Shown here: piece after piece, positions 9,803-20,543 of the stretch
How the letters are laid out: each line of letters opens with the position of its first letter
Numbering within the stretch: position 1 is the first letter of the stretch
Origin: Candidatus Altimarinota bacterium
Lineage (GTDB): Bacteria; Patescibacteriota; Gracilibacteria; JANQMV01
Reading direction: 5' to 3'
Length of the DNA stretch: 64,000 nucleotides
Assembly: GCA_028279865.1 (NCBI GenBank)
Contig: JANQMV010000010.1
Location: 3,630-67,629 of the forward strand
Notes under the pieces: model-generated
Told to the model about the DNA's origin: nothing
What the model saw: the letters and a program-made list of their open reading frames with translations, nothing else
Database searches by the model: none
Program-made: the position numbers and the translations under genes

Positions 9803-11257
9803 TTGCTTTCATCAATTTTTAAACTAAAAAATCTACTTTATATTTTTCAACAAGAAGAGTATGAAATTAGTTTTTTTTTACAGTGGGTTAGACAAAATAA
9901 AAATTGGCATGATTTAGAAAAAAAGAAAAAGCTTAGATGGACGCTAAAAGCATATTTAATTTTCACTTTAGCTCTCTTGCTCTTTATCATTCCTTTGATT
10001 ATCTGTTTTGTGTACTTGATTTCCAGTCCAAACCTTTGGATCAGAGCTTTAGGAATTGTTGATGCGTTTTTGCTGTTTATTTTATTTTGGCTTAAGCCTT
10101 ACTACTATCTTGTTGCTGCCGCACTTCTAATCAAACCAATTGATATTTTGACAAAAGAATTTCTGATTTTACGAGCAAAGCAAAAACTAAAAAAACATCC
10201 TGAACTAAAAATTATTGGAATTACGGGTAGTTACGGAAAAACATCCGTAAAGGAGTTTTTGAATACAATTTTGGGGACAAAATATCGGGTTTTGAAAACT
10301 CCTGATAATATTAACACACCATTGGGAGTTTCTGCTTTGATCCAAAGGAGGGATCTCTCACAGTATGATGTTTTTATTGTAGAAATGGGGGCTTATCAAA
10401 AAGGCGATATTAAAAAAGTTTGTGATTTGGTTGGTCCTGAATATGGTATTTTAACCGGAATTAATGAATCTCATTTAGAAAGATTCGGTAGTGTCGCAAC
10501 AACAATTAAGACAAAATTTGAATTAATCGAGAGTTTACCTCCGTCAGGTAAAGCCTTCGTCAATGGAGATGATTTTAACGTTAAAGAAAACTATCTTAAA
10601 TTCGGCAAAGCAAAAAAAGAGCTATATTCTAAGAAATTAGCGAATAATATTCAAGGCGGAGCAAACGGAATGGAATTTGAAATGATTTTGCAGAAAGAAA
10701 AATTAAGCTTAACGACAAAGGCCCTTGGTGAGCATAATATTACCAATATCATTGCGGGTATTTTGACAGCAGAAGAACTCGGTTTGAATCTTGCTGAAAT
10801 CAAAAAAGGCGTTAGGAAAATCCAAGCTGTTAAACATCGACTTGAGCCAATTTTTAATCCAAATGGTGTGATTATCATTGACGATAGCTACAATGGAAAT
10901 CCTGCAGGTGTAAAAGCGGCTCTTGAAGTACTTAAGCTTTTCAAGGAACATCGTAAAATTTTTATTACTCCGGGTTTAGTGGAAATGGGTGGCGCCAAAA
11001 AACAAGTTCATATTACAATTGGTGAGCAATTGGCAAAAGTTTGTGATTTGGTTATTTTAATTAAAAACAGTAATTTTGATTATTTTATTGAAGGTCTCAG
11101 CAGGGGGGGATGGAATGTTGACTTAAAAAACTATCAAGAAGAAGAGAAATTAAGAGTTTTTGAAGATTCGGAAAGTGCGCATAAAGCTTTGAATAGCCTT
11201 CTAAAGAAAGGCGATGTTGTACTTTTTCAGAACGATTGGACGGACAATTATTCTTAA
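9803..11257 (+). CDS. murF: Mur ligase, MurF-like, with an N-terminal membrane extension
   Basis: TTG start. About 115 aa with TM segments, then ITGSYGKTSVKEFL (P-loop), MGAYQKGDI and DDSYNGNP Mur-ligase motifs. Confidence 0.7.
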   Translation: MLSSIFKLKNLLYIFQQEEYEISFFLQWVRQNKNWHDLEKKKKLRWTLKAYLIFTLALLLFIIPLIICFVYLISSPNLWIRALGIVDAFLLFILFWLKPYYYLVAAALLIKPIDILTKEFLILRAKQKLKKHPELKIIGITGSYGKTSVKEFLNTILGTKYRVLKTPDNINTPLGVSALIQRRDLSQYDVFIVEMGAYQKGDIKKVCDLVGPEYGILTGINESHLERFGSVATTIKTKFELIESLPPSGKAFVNGDDFNVKENYLKFGKAKKELYSKKLANNIQGGANGMEFEMILQKEKLSLTTKALGEHNITNIIAGILTAEELGLNLAEIKKGVRKIQAVKHRLEPIFNPNGVIIIDDSYNGNPAGVKAALEVLKLFKEHRKIFITPGLVEMGGAKKQVHITIGEQLAKVCDLVILIKNSNFDYFIEGLSRGGWNVDLKNYQEEEKLRVFEDSESAHKALNSLLKKGDVVLFQNDWTDNYS

Positions 11258-11671
11258 AAAGCGCTAAATTATTCCCAATTTTTTCATCTGCCTTTTTGAG
11301 AAGAGAGAAGTTTGTTTGATTTTTTGTCTGCAAGTTCAAGTTCTCAAAGATTTTCTGATGAACGAAACGAAAGAATCAGAGTTTAAAGTGAGTGGTTTTT
11401 GTTTTAAAAATTTTTTGTAAGAGATTAGTCCTCCGGTAATGAACGAGTTTCTTGATTACTATATTTTATTGAATGTAAGTATAGCCACAATTACTAAGGA
11501 TTGAATCAGGGATACTGAATTTAAGAATCTTTGATATTTGAAAACTTGAATTTTTTCCAAATTCTAAAAAGACTGCTGCGTCATTTTTATTAACCTCTTT
11601 ATATTTCTAAGAAAAACCATTGTTAACTAAATTGTTTTGCAAAATTGGGGATAATCTAGCAAAAAGCACAC

Positions 11672-11700
11672 TTGTCTTTTTGGATTTATTGTGTTATAAT
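11672..11700 (+). promoter_or_regulatory. Sigma70-like promoter for the 11738 surface-protein gene
   Basis: TTGTCT, 17-nt spacer, TATAAT, with an extended -10 TGT. It lies 38 nt upstream of the ATG. Confidence 0.5.
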
Positions 11701-11737
11701 AAGATTCGCAAATGTAATAATTGCTAATAAACAAGCC

Positions 11738-14700
11738 ATGTTAAAAACAAAAAAACAAATTAGTAAGATTGCAACTTGAGCAATTCTACTACAGTTGATT
11801 TTTACTTGATTACAGACTACTCCTACAGTAAAAGCGGAAACAGTGATTAAAACGATTGATTTCACAATTGAAGCAAATTATAAGCAAGAAAATGCTGTTA
11901 ATGGAACTGATTACAGTTGAGGAAAAGTCACTTTGCATACAGATACTGATTCTTCACAGGCACCTGGAGATCAAATCAATATTGTTGACTCAGCAGCAAG
12001 TATTAACTTAGCATCATGAATTAAGTATTCTGATGTTTTGCCTTTTGACCCAGGTTCATGTTCTCCGCAAATTTTTGTAGATGAAAATTACGTTTGGGCA
12101 GCGGGAGCTTATGCAACCTGAGGAAAAATTTTTCGGGCACCTGTTAGCGATCCCATTCATTGATGGTCACACGTTGCCACGCTACCAGCACCTATCATTT
12201 GGAGCCAGTATGCTGTTTTTGACTGATATATGTATTTCTTCGGCGCACAGCACCATTCAGATATATTAAGAACACCGACTAGTGACCTTACAAATTGGTC
12301 AAAGATTGGAAACATGCCTGCTAACATTGGAGCAGGTTACACAATTGTAACCGATAATTACATTTATGTTTCTGATGGTTTTTCCGGTAGTTCAATTTAT
12401 CGAGCATCTAGAAGCGATCCGACAAACTTCTCTTATTATACAAGTGATCCTATAGCTAGCTCTACCTTAAAAGCTTTTAAATATGGATCAGATAAATACT
12501 ATCTCGTTTCAGGTGCAAAAACTTGGGAAATACCTATGGTTAATGGTGAACCAAATTTTGCTAGCACGATTACGCATAATAATAATGTAACTCTGGAAGT
12601 AACAAATCAGGCACTTATTATTATTGGTGATACAATTTATGCTTTTGGTTCCAATATTTATTCAACTACAATTGGGAGCTGGGGAAGTTGGTCTCAATTA
12701 GGCTCATATCCTAATGGTGATACCTTTGGCTATGCTAATCTTTTCACAGTAGGCAATAAATTATATGGTCTTGGTGACTACTGGAATAGAAACACAAATT
12801 ATAACGATATTTACAGTTGGGACTTAATTAATAATATGTTAAAAACACCAAATGTCAATGGGAGTGTTTTTCCTACAGATTATCCAACTGATAAGCCTTA
12901 CTATATTACGACAACTGATAGCTCAAACATTGATTTACCAGAAGGGGTGAGTCAAATTAATTCTCTAACAGTGACTTACTCTGAACCTACAAACACTTCA
13001 ATCAAGGGATTAGCTTCTTTTGATGGTCGCAATACCTGGGAAAAATGGAATGGAAGTGAATGGTGAGATGTTGGTGTTCCACTAGCTTATACGGATAATT
13101 TAGCCCAAGGGTGAGTTGCAAGCGCAAGTTCAATTTATAGTAGTTCTCACTTAGCATGAAACGCTTTTGATAATTTGGATGGGAATATGTGGAACTCCGC
13201 TAGCTCTGATCCACCAGGTTGGCTTAAGTATGATTTTGGCTCTGGGAATGAAAAAACAATCCAGCGAATTCGCATCCAGGCAGCAATAGCAGGTAATGCT
13301 GCTTATGCTCCTAAAACATTTACAATTCAAGCCTCAAATGATGATACAAACTGGGACATACTAGAGTCTTATACATCTATAGATAATTGGTCGAGCCTTG
13401 AGTGGCGGGATTTTGATTTCGCAAACTCGACAGCTTACAGATATTACAAAATAGATGTAACAGAATGTGAGTCAAATGCTTATATTGGTTGGACAAGTAC
13501 AGAAATGATGGAGATTGCACCAGATTATACCTCAGATTTAGCTACAAACCCTAGCAACGCAATTGATAATGGACATTTCTCAAACAGAACTGCTGCTGGT
13601 GCTTTTGATAATATTCATGGAGAGTGGAATCCGAACTCATGGGACGCCCCAAGAGATGGTTCAGATCGATGGGTAGGCTATGATTTTGGAGAAAATAAAA
13701 TAATTAATAAAATTAGAATTCGAAATGGTAATGGAGGTTTGCCTCATTATTCGATTAAAGACTTTCATATTGATGGCTGGAACGGAAGTAGTTGGGAGTT
13801 GATTCAGGCTGAAACAAGCTTGCCTCCATGGTCAAATGATGAATGGAGAGAGTTTATAATTGAAGCACCGCAGAGTTTCTCTAAATACAGGGTATTTATC
13901 GACGATACACATCACTCTGCATCTGCGAAAGACTCATGTATTTCAGAAATAGAGATGATGGGGGTAATCTCTACTGATCCTCTTGATAATCTCCAAAACG
14001 GTAACACTGTCTCAGAGATTGAAGCAGGTTTGACTAATCTAACCATCACAGACGAAGCTTCAGTGGACTTTGCTTTTGATTTAGCGACCACAGATTCTTC
14101 AGTCACTCCGAGTATTGATCAAATTAGCGTTTCTTATGAAGGTATTTTCAACTATGCTCCTCTTGATCCTGTTTTAAATAATCTCAATGACGGTGGCTTT
14201 CTGGCTGACACAACACCTACCTTCAGCTTTAACTTAGTCGATACAGATCTCGGAGCAAGTGTGCGCTATCAAATCCAAGTTGATAATAATGCAGATTTTA
14301 GTTCTCCCGAAATTGATTTTACAGAATTAACTCTCGTCGCAACTCCACGCCTAGGAGCAACCTACACACCAACCACAGGTTTACCTAATGATACCTTTTA
14401 CTGGAGGGTGAAAGCGATCGATAATGAAGGATTGGAAAGTAATTGGACGGAAGCAACACTTGGTTTCAGTCTTGATACCAATCTGCCTGTTTCTTCTATT
14501 CTGTACCCTCAAGACTGAGCTGATTTAAAGAAAGTTGAAAGCATTATCGGTAAATCTACCGACACAGGCGGAGTTGATTTTACGCGGATCAGTATTCTGG
14601 ATACCCTTTCTTATAAGTATTATAACGGTACAAGTTTTAGTGAAGATATTGAAACATGGATTCAGACTAATTCTGCAGGAGCAGGTAGTAGCAAGACAAG

Positions 14701-15733
14701 ATGGAGCTACCCTGCGCCTGTTTGGACTGAAGGACACACCTATACAATTCGTTCCAGAGCTACTGATTTAGCTGGTAATGAAGAGCGTACAGATGCGATT
14801 ACCTTTAAGTATGACACTATCAATGGACTTGAAGGCTCCATCTATCTTTCTAATCCGGGAATAAGCAATAATAGTGACTATAAGATTTATTATCCTAATA
14901 CGGCTGCCTTGCCGACTAATGCTTACATTGAAATAGATTTTGAAAATAGTTTTAAGTTTTCTCCTTGGCTTGAGCAAGCAGATGTGAATTTAACTGACAA
15001 CGGAGGTAATTTGACGGCTGTGGTTAGTAATTTTGACAGAACAAATAAAGTGATTACTTCTATGATTACAGGAGGAAGTGTAGCGGCACTTGATTTAATT
15101 GAACTGGAGATTAATAATCTGAGAATTCATAACCCTGCTTTAACAGGCAGTTACACTTTACCTATTCGTATTTATGACGAATTTGATGCTCTTCTCGAAT
15201 CGGGAGAAGGCACAATTTTTCTGGTTGATCCTTATCAACAAGTGGAGCTTAACATTGATGTCCAACAGTCTCTCCAGCTCAGTGTTGATTCTGGCAGTGT
15301 CCTTCTGGAGGTTGATCCGGATGTACAGCTGGGGCAGAACTGGTCGGGGACAGGAGGGGCGGTTAGTGAGCAAACTGAGGTCACGGTCAAGACTAATGCC
15401 CGGAGTGGTTACAAGTTGATGTTAAGTCTGGCGGGTTATACCAATTCCGGTAGTGCGGTCTTGGATGGGACGACTAATACGGGTAACACGATTACTTCTC
15501 TGACGGGGGACAGGGTCAGTACGGAGAACAACTTTTCTTTTGCTCGGGGGACAGGGACTTTAGCGACCGGTATGGCTTTCAGTAGTACGGCGACTGAGTT
15601 GATTGGAGCGGGAAGTAGTGGACCGACCAATGCTTTTTTGGACAGGATCTTCTATTATCTCAACATTGACTACACTACTCCGAGTGATACCTACAAAGGT
15701 ACCGTTACCTACACTGCCGTAGGTCAATTCTAA
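11738..15733 (+). CDS. Giant secreted surface protein (1331 codons) with two discoidin/F5-8 type C-like modules. Needs table 25.
   Basis: A single frame is open from ATG 11738 to TAA 15731-15733, with 11 in-frame TGA (11777, 11807, 11918, 12017, 12119, 12161, 12224, 13064, 13112, 13157, 14516). It joins track ORFs 12230-13066, 13175-14518 and 14909-15733, which share that frame. N-terminal signal peptide. NAFDN..W and GAFDNIHGEWNPNSW...IRIRNGNG motifs. FYWRVKAIDNEGLESNW. Confidence 0.75.
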
Positions 15734-15789
15734 AATAACGGTAGGTCTGTCCGCCTCAGGCGGATTACTTATACCGCAGTAGGGGAATT

Positions 15790-16551
15790 TTAGAAAATTT
15801 CAATTCCTACAGGACAGTGATCTGATCCCGTGATCTCTTTTAGGATAAATGCGTCTTTGAGTTTTTTTCTGAGAGATTTATCAATGAAGAAATAATCTAT
15901 TCTCCAGCCGACATTTCTTTCTCTGGCTCTAGTTTTCATATCCCACCAGCTGTATAGTTCTGCTTCCGTATGAAACTCTCGTAATGTATCTAAATATCCA
16001 TGCTCTACGACTTTATCAATCCATGCACGTTCTTCTGGTAAGAAGCCTGAAGTTTTACTGTTGTTTTTTGGATGAGTAAGATCTATTTCAGTATGGGCTG
16101 TGTTTACGTCTCCACAAAAAATGACCTTTTTACCTTTATCTTTAAATGATTCTATCAGGTTTAAAAAAGTCTCGTAAAAATCCAGCTTGTATTTGAGTCT
16201 GATTTTATCTTTTTTCCCATTGGGAAAATAAACGTTACAAAGAATAAATTGTTGGAATTCCGTAATCAAAATTCTACCCTCTTGATCAAAATCCGGAATT
16301 CCGATTTCGGTAATTACGTCCAGAGGTTCTTCTTTTGTATATGTCGCAACACCGCTATAGCCTTTTTTTGTTGCTGAGTGCCAGTATGAGTGATAGCCTT
16401 CCAGGTTCAAAATAGCATCGCTTATTTGTTCCGGCTGTGCTTTGGTTTCTTGGAAACAGATGATTTCCGGAGCATATTTTTTGACCCATTCGAAAATACC
16501 TTTACGTTCACCAGCACGAATTCCATTGATATTCCATGAGATGATTTTCAT
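15790..16551 (-). CDS. xth: Exodeoxyribonuclease III
   Basis: MKIISWNINGIRA...FQETK...SDHCPV signature of the ExoIII/AP-endonuclease family. Confidence 0.9.
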   Translation of the reverse strand: MKIISWNINGIRAGERKGIFEWVKKYAPEIICFQETKAQPEQISDAILNLEGYHSYWHSATKKGYSGVATYTKEEPLDVITEIGIPDFDQEGRILITEFQQFILCNVYFPNGKKDKIRLKYKLDFYETFLNLIESFKDKGKKVIFCGDVNTAHTEIDLTHPKNNSKTSGFLPEERAWIDKVVEHGYLDTLREFHTEAELYSWWDMKTRARERNVGWRIDYFFIDKSLRKKLKDAFILKEITGSDHCPVGIEIF

Positions 16552-16776
16552 TTTACTTTTTGATTAAAGCAAGTTTGATTGTAATTTTTTTTTGACAAAA
16601 TGTGAATTGATTCTTAATATAGGTGACCTATAGTGTTTTGCTCTTTTAAAAATAGGACTTTGTCGAGTTCCTGAGGTATGTATTTTTTATATTTTAAATT
16701 TATCTTCGAAGATGGTTTAGAAATGTAAAATGCATTTCTCAGCCGTCTCGACAAAATTTCTAGGGAGGAGAATCTT

Positions 16777-17004
16777 ATGGGAACAAAAATTGTGAGTTGC
16801 TTAATTTCTATTATAGGAATTGTATGCTTTGTAATTGTCCTTTCGGAAAATATTTCTCAATTATGGGCTATTCCTAGTGGTTCTATGATCCTGATGCCTG
16901 TTATCGGCTCAGGCTTGACGCATTGTAAAAAATGCGGAAGGTGGTTCGCAGTTTTTCCGCCATTTAAAGCCCCTTGCCAGTGCGGAGAGGTTCCGCAATG
17001 GTAA
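16777..17004 (+). CDS. Small membrane protein with a C-terminal Cys4 (zinc-ribbon-like) tail
   Basis: Strong SD GGGAGGAG 6 nt upstream of the ATG. One or two TM helices, then CKKCGRW...CQCG. Confidence 0.45.
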   Translation: MGTKIVSCLISIIGIVCFVIVLSENISQLWAIPSGSMILMPVIGSGLTHCKKCGRWFAVFPPFKAPCQCGEVPQW

Positions 17005-17025
17005 GAATTAGAAGAGACGGCTTTT

Positions 17026-17063
17026 AAAAAAGCAGGTCAATCAAAACGATTGACCTGCTTTTT
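17026..17063. terminator. Bidirectional terminator between convergent genes
   Basis: 12-bp perfect stem AGCAGGTCAATC / GATTGACCTGCT with loop AAAAC, flanked by an A run and a T run. Confidence 0.65.
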
Positions 17064-17083
17064 CCTTTTTTTCTAATCTTCGT

Positions 17084-18172
17084 TTAATTTTTTAACTCCA
17101 TTATTTTTTTCAGAGGTCTTTTTCTGCATTCACTTTCATTCTCAGCAGTGCTACCGGTAGATGTTTCTTCATTGTCATCATCATCTTCGTTTTCATCGTC
17201 ATCTTCTTCACAATAAGGTCTTTCTTCGCAAGAATCAGAGTCTACTCTATAGACTAAGTCTTGATCTCTACACTCTTTGAATTTTACCTTGAGAGCATCT
17301 TTTTCTTCGCGAAAATCTTCACGAATTTCTTTCATTCTTTCAGCAAAATCTTCTCGATTTTCCTTCTGCGCTTCTCTGATGTCTTCCCATAATTCAGCTC
17401 GCGCCGCTCGAATTTCTTCTTCGCTTGAGCCATCTTCTTTCATTGCCTTTAAGTCAGCTTTTGCAGCTTCAATTTCTGCCCTAACCGCCTCACGTTCCGC
17501 CTTAAAATCTGTTTTGACTTCATCGACTTGAGCCTTGATTTCGTCATTAAAAGCACTCTTATTTAATTTACGTACCATGATGGAGCGGTAGATGTTTTCA
17601 GAAACATTTCCGCGTGTCATTCCTTCTGCGGGCACGTAGTTACCATTTTCATCTTCTTCAAGAAGCCCTTTTGCTTTGGCAACACAAAGAAATTTCGCAT
17701 ACCAAGCACCTTGATCAGTATCTTCGTAAAGATCTTCTTTACACTCTTGCATTTCTTCAGCGAACCCCTGAGAGTTAATTACCATTTTTATTGCTTCAAC
17801 TTTATTAACGGTTTTTTCCGGTTTAAAAGTCCCATCTGCATAACCCGAGACCCACTCCATTTCTTTTGCATAACAGACATAAGGAGCAAACCATTCTTCC
17901 GTCACATCAGGAAAACAGTTATTATATTGATCTTCATCGGGGGTTATTCCTTGCGCTTCAACTAAAATTTTTGAAAGTTCGGCACGATTTACAGTGTTGC
18001 CCGGCTTAAAAGTCCCATCTTCGTATCCGCCGATAACCTCAGCCTCTTTCAGGAATTCAATCGCTTGAGCATTTTTATGCCCGAGCGCAAGGTCTTTGAA
18101 ACCGGCATTGGCTAAGGAGGATAGGGAAAACAAACTTACGCCAATGAGCATGCTTGAAAAAATTTTTTTCAT
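17084..18172 (-). CDS. SLH-domain cell-surface protein with an acidic coiled-coil tail
   Basis: Signal peptide. Two or three SLH repeats (GYEDGTFKPGNTVNRAELSKILVEA, GYADGTFKPEKTVNKVEAIKMVI). C-terminal E/D/K-rich region. Confidence 0.8.
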   Translation of the reverse strand: MKKIFSSMLIGVSLFSLSSLANAGFKDLALGHKNAQAIEFLKEAEVIGGYEDGTFKPGNTVNRAELSKILVEAQGITPDEDQYNNCFPDVTEEWFAPYVCYAKEMEWVSGYADGTFKPEKTVNKVEAIKMVINSQGFAEEMQECKEDLYEDTDQGAWYAKFLCVAKAKGLLEEDENGNYVPAEGMTRGNVSENIYRSIMVRKLNKSAFNDEIKAQVDEVKTDFKAEREAVRAEIEAAKADLKAMKEDGSSEEEIRAARAELWEDIREAQKENREDFAERMKEIREDFREEKDALKVKFKECRDQDLVYRVDSDSCEERPYCEEDDDENEDDDDNEETSTGSTAENESECRKRPLKKIMELKN

Positions 18173-18396
18173 AAGATAAAAAAATTAAAGAATATAATTA
18201 TTTCTATAAGTAAGTACGCAACTTGTAGTATTTTTCTTTCACTACTTGGTCAACTTACAATATTAATTTAGGAAAAACAAAAAAGACAGATTGCAAAAAA
18301 ATGAGATTCTGTCATTTTCATCTAAAATGAGAAGATTTTTTTCTTGTTTTTATAAAGTCTAATATAGAGATTGCTGAGGTGTCCATTTAGCTCTGC

Positions 18397-20502
18397 TTAT
18401 ACTAAAATTCTTGCATCAATAGCAAGAACATCTTTACCTTTTTCGCGGACGATCAATGGGTTAAGGTCAAGCTCCTGAATTTCCGGGAAATCAGAAACCA
18501 TTTGTGAAACATGGCAAATCACGCTAGCAAGTTTTTTAAAATCAATGGATTTTTCTCCACGAATTCCTTTGAGTAATTTTATTGCCTTAATTTCACTGAC
18601 CATTTTTTCCGCTTCTTCAAAGGAAATTGGCGCAACGCGGAAAGTTACATCTCTCAGAACTTCTACATAGATTCCACCCAGCCCAAACATCAGCAGGGGA
18701 CCAAACTGTGGGTCGCGTTTCATACCAATAATAACTTCACGTCCAATTGTCGTCATATCTTGAACGAACATTCCACCGAAGTGAGCATGCGGATTATATT
18801 TTTTCACTTTCTGCAAAATTTCTTTGTAAGCGGTTTTGACTTCTTCGGCACTTTTTAAATTAACCCTCACTCCACCGGCATCGGTTTTATGTATTATTTC
18901 TTTAGAACAGATTTTCAGGACAACGGGATAACCCACTTTATCCGCAATTTGTAAAGCTTCGTTTTGTGTTTGTGCGATTCCGGAAGTCGGAGTGTGAATA
19001 TCATAAAGCCTTAGTAAATCAAGGAGTAACGGCATTTCAACTTGTCCTTTGCTACGCTTAAGTTTGCGGTGAATAGTTTCTTTATTTGTTTTTTTATGCC
19101 TTAATTTACAATTGTTTGGCTTATAAATTTTTTCTTTTTGCCATTCAGTATAATTTACCATTTGTTTGAGCGTTTTGATTGCTCTGTCAGGGAAATTGAA
19201 ATTTGGAATCTTTTTTGAACTCAAAAGATTTTTTGCTTCAGCAACATTTTTTCCTCCCATAAAACAAGTCAAAATGGTTTTTTTGGGATACTTTTTACTA
19301 AATTTTACAATTACTTCTGCTGTTTTTTCCTCTTCTGTGATGATTTGTGGTGTCAATAAGACAACAGCTGTGTCCACATTTTTATCCTTGAGAACTGCTT
19401 TGAGAGCTATTTGATAGCGATCAGCTAAGGCATCACCAAGAATATCCACAGGATTACCTACAGCTGCTGCTTGTGGTAAATTTTTCTTGAGTTGATTGTT
19501 TGTTTTTTGGCTAAAACAAGCTAGTTGTAAATTATATTTTTCCAGACTATCCGTTGCCATAATGGCAGGTCCTCCGGCATTGCTAATGATGGCAACCTTA
19601 CCTCCTTTTGGTGTTTTTTGATAGCTGAAACCACGTGCATAATCAAATAAGTCTTCTACAGTTTTTGCACGTATGATACCACTTTGTTTAAATACAGTTT
19701 TAATTGCTTCATCAGAGCCTGCCAGCGAGCCTGTGTGCGAAGAGATTGCTTTTACTCCTTGATCGGAAGTTCCTGACTTAATGATGATGATAGGTTTCTT
19801 TTTCGTAATTTTTTGTGCAATGCGCATAAATTCTTGACCGTTTTCGATACTTTCGAGATACATTAAAATTACCCTTGTACTTCTGTCTTTTGCCAAATAC
19901 TCCAGTAAATCAATTTCATTGACTCCGGCTTTGTTACCCAAGCTGATAATTTTGCTGAAACCTAAATTATGCGTATAAGCCCAGTCACTGATTGCGACAG
20001 CCATTGCTCCTGACTGTGAAATTAAACTTACATTTCCCGAAGCAGGCATCCCTTCTGCAAAAGAAGCATTTAGTTTTATCTTTGTATTTAAAATACCGAG
20101 GCAATTTGGTCCGATTAGGTTTAAATCATATTTTTTGATTAATTTTTGAAGAGCTTTTTCACGCTTTATACCTTCATTGCCAATTTCCTTAAAACCTGAG
20201 CTGATAATAACAATGTTTTTGATTTCTTTTTTACCACATTCATTCACAATCTTGGCTACAAATTCAGCAGGTACAATAATAACAGCTAGATCAATTTTAT
20301 CCTTGATTAAACTAACTTTTTTATAAATAGGATGTCCCAAAAGTTCTCCGCCCTTTGGATTAACCGGGAAAAGCTTGCCTTTGTAACCAAGTATTGCAAG
20401 GTTCTGAAAAACATCATAACCAAGCTTGTTTTTCTGAGTTGATGCTCCGATTACAGCAATTGATCTTGGTTCAAAAAGATTTTGAAGTTTCTTTTGAGGC
20501 AT
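18397..20502 (-). CDS. ADP-forming acetyl-CoA synthetase (fused alpha/beta, NDP-forming acyl-CoA synthetase family)
   Basis: 701 aa. CoA-binding N-terminus (RSIAVIGAS...GYDVF), a succinyl-CoA-synthetase-like flavodoxin domain (ISQSGA..., SHTGSLAG) and a C-terminal ATP-grasp domain. Confidence 0.85.
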   Translation of the reverse strand: MPQKKLQNLFEPRSIAVIGASTQKNKLGYDVFQNLAILGYKGKLFPVNPKGGELLGHPIYKKVSLIKDKIDLAVIIVPAEFVAKIVNECGKKEIKNIVIISSGFKEIGNEGIKREKALQKLIKKYDLNLIGPNCLGILNTKIKLNASFAEGMPASGNVSLISQSGAMAVAISDWAYTHNLGFSKIISLGNKAGVNEIDLLEYLAKDRSTRVILMYLESIENGQEFMRIAQKITKKKPIIIIKSGTSDQGVKAISSHTGSLAGSDEAIKTVFKQSGIIRAKTVEDLFDYARGFSYQKTPKGGKVAIISNAGGPAIMATDSLEKYNLQLACFSQKTNNQLKKNLPQAAAVGNPVDILGDALADRYQIALKAVLKDKNVDTAVVLLTPQIITEEEKTAEVIVKFSKKYPKKTILTCFMGGKNVAEAKNLLSSKKIPNFNFPDRAIKTLKQMVNYTEWQKEKIYKPNNCKLRHKKTNKETIHRKLKRSKGQVEMPLLLDLLRLYDIHTPTSGIAQTQNEALQIADKVGYPVVLKICSKEIIHKTDAGGVRVNLKSAEEVKTAYKEILQKVKKYNPHAHFGGMFVQDMTTIGREVIIGMKRDPQFGPLLMFGLGGIYVEVLRDVTFRVAPISFEEAEKMVSEIKAIKLLKGIRGEKSIDFKKLASVICHVSQMVSDFPEIQELDLNPLIVREKGKDVLAIDARILV

Positions 20503-20543
20503 TTTAAATTTGGTTTAAAAAGCTTAGCTTTGGCAATGTTATC

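Noticed and set aside
12081-12269. Track ORFs 12081-12269 and 14535-14771, apparently separate small genes between fragments of the large surface-protein gene
   Set aside because: Both are out of frame with the continuous table-25 reading frame (11738-15733) that explains the whole region.
18290-18345. Hairpin TCATTTT/AAAATGA with flanking A and T runs, considered as the terminator of the acetyl-CoA synthetase gene
   Set aside because: The stem is weak (7 AT-rich bp) and the T run on the relevant strand is separated from it by about 10 nt. Not supported well enough to list.
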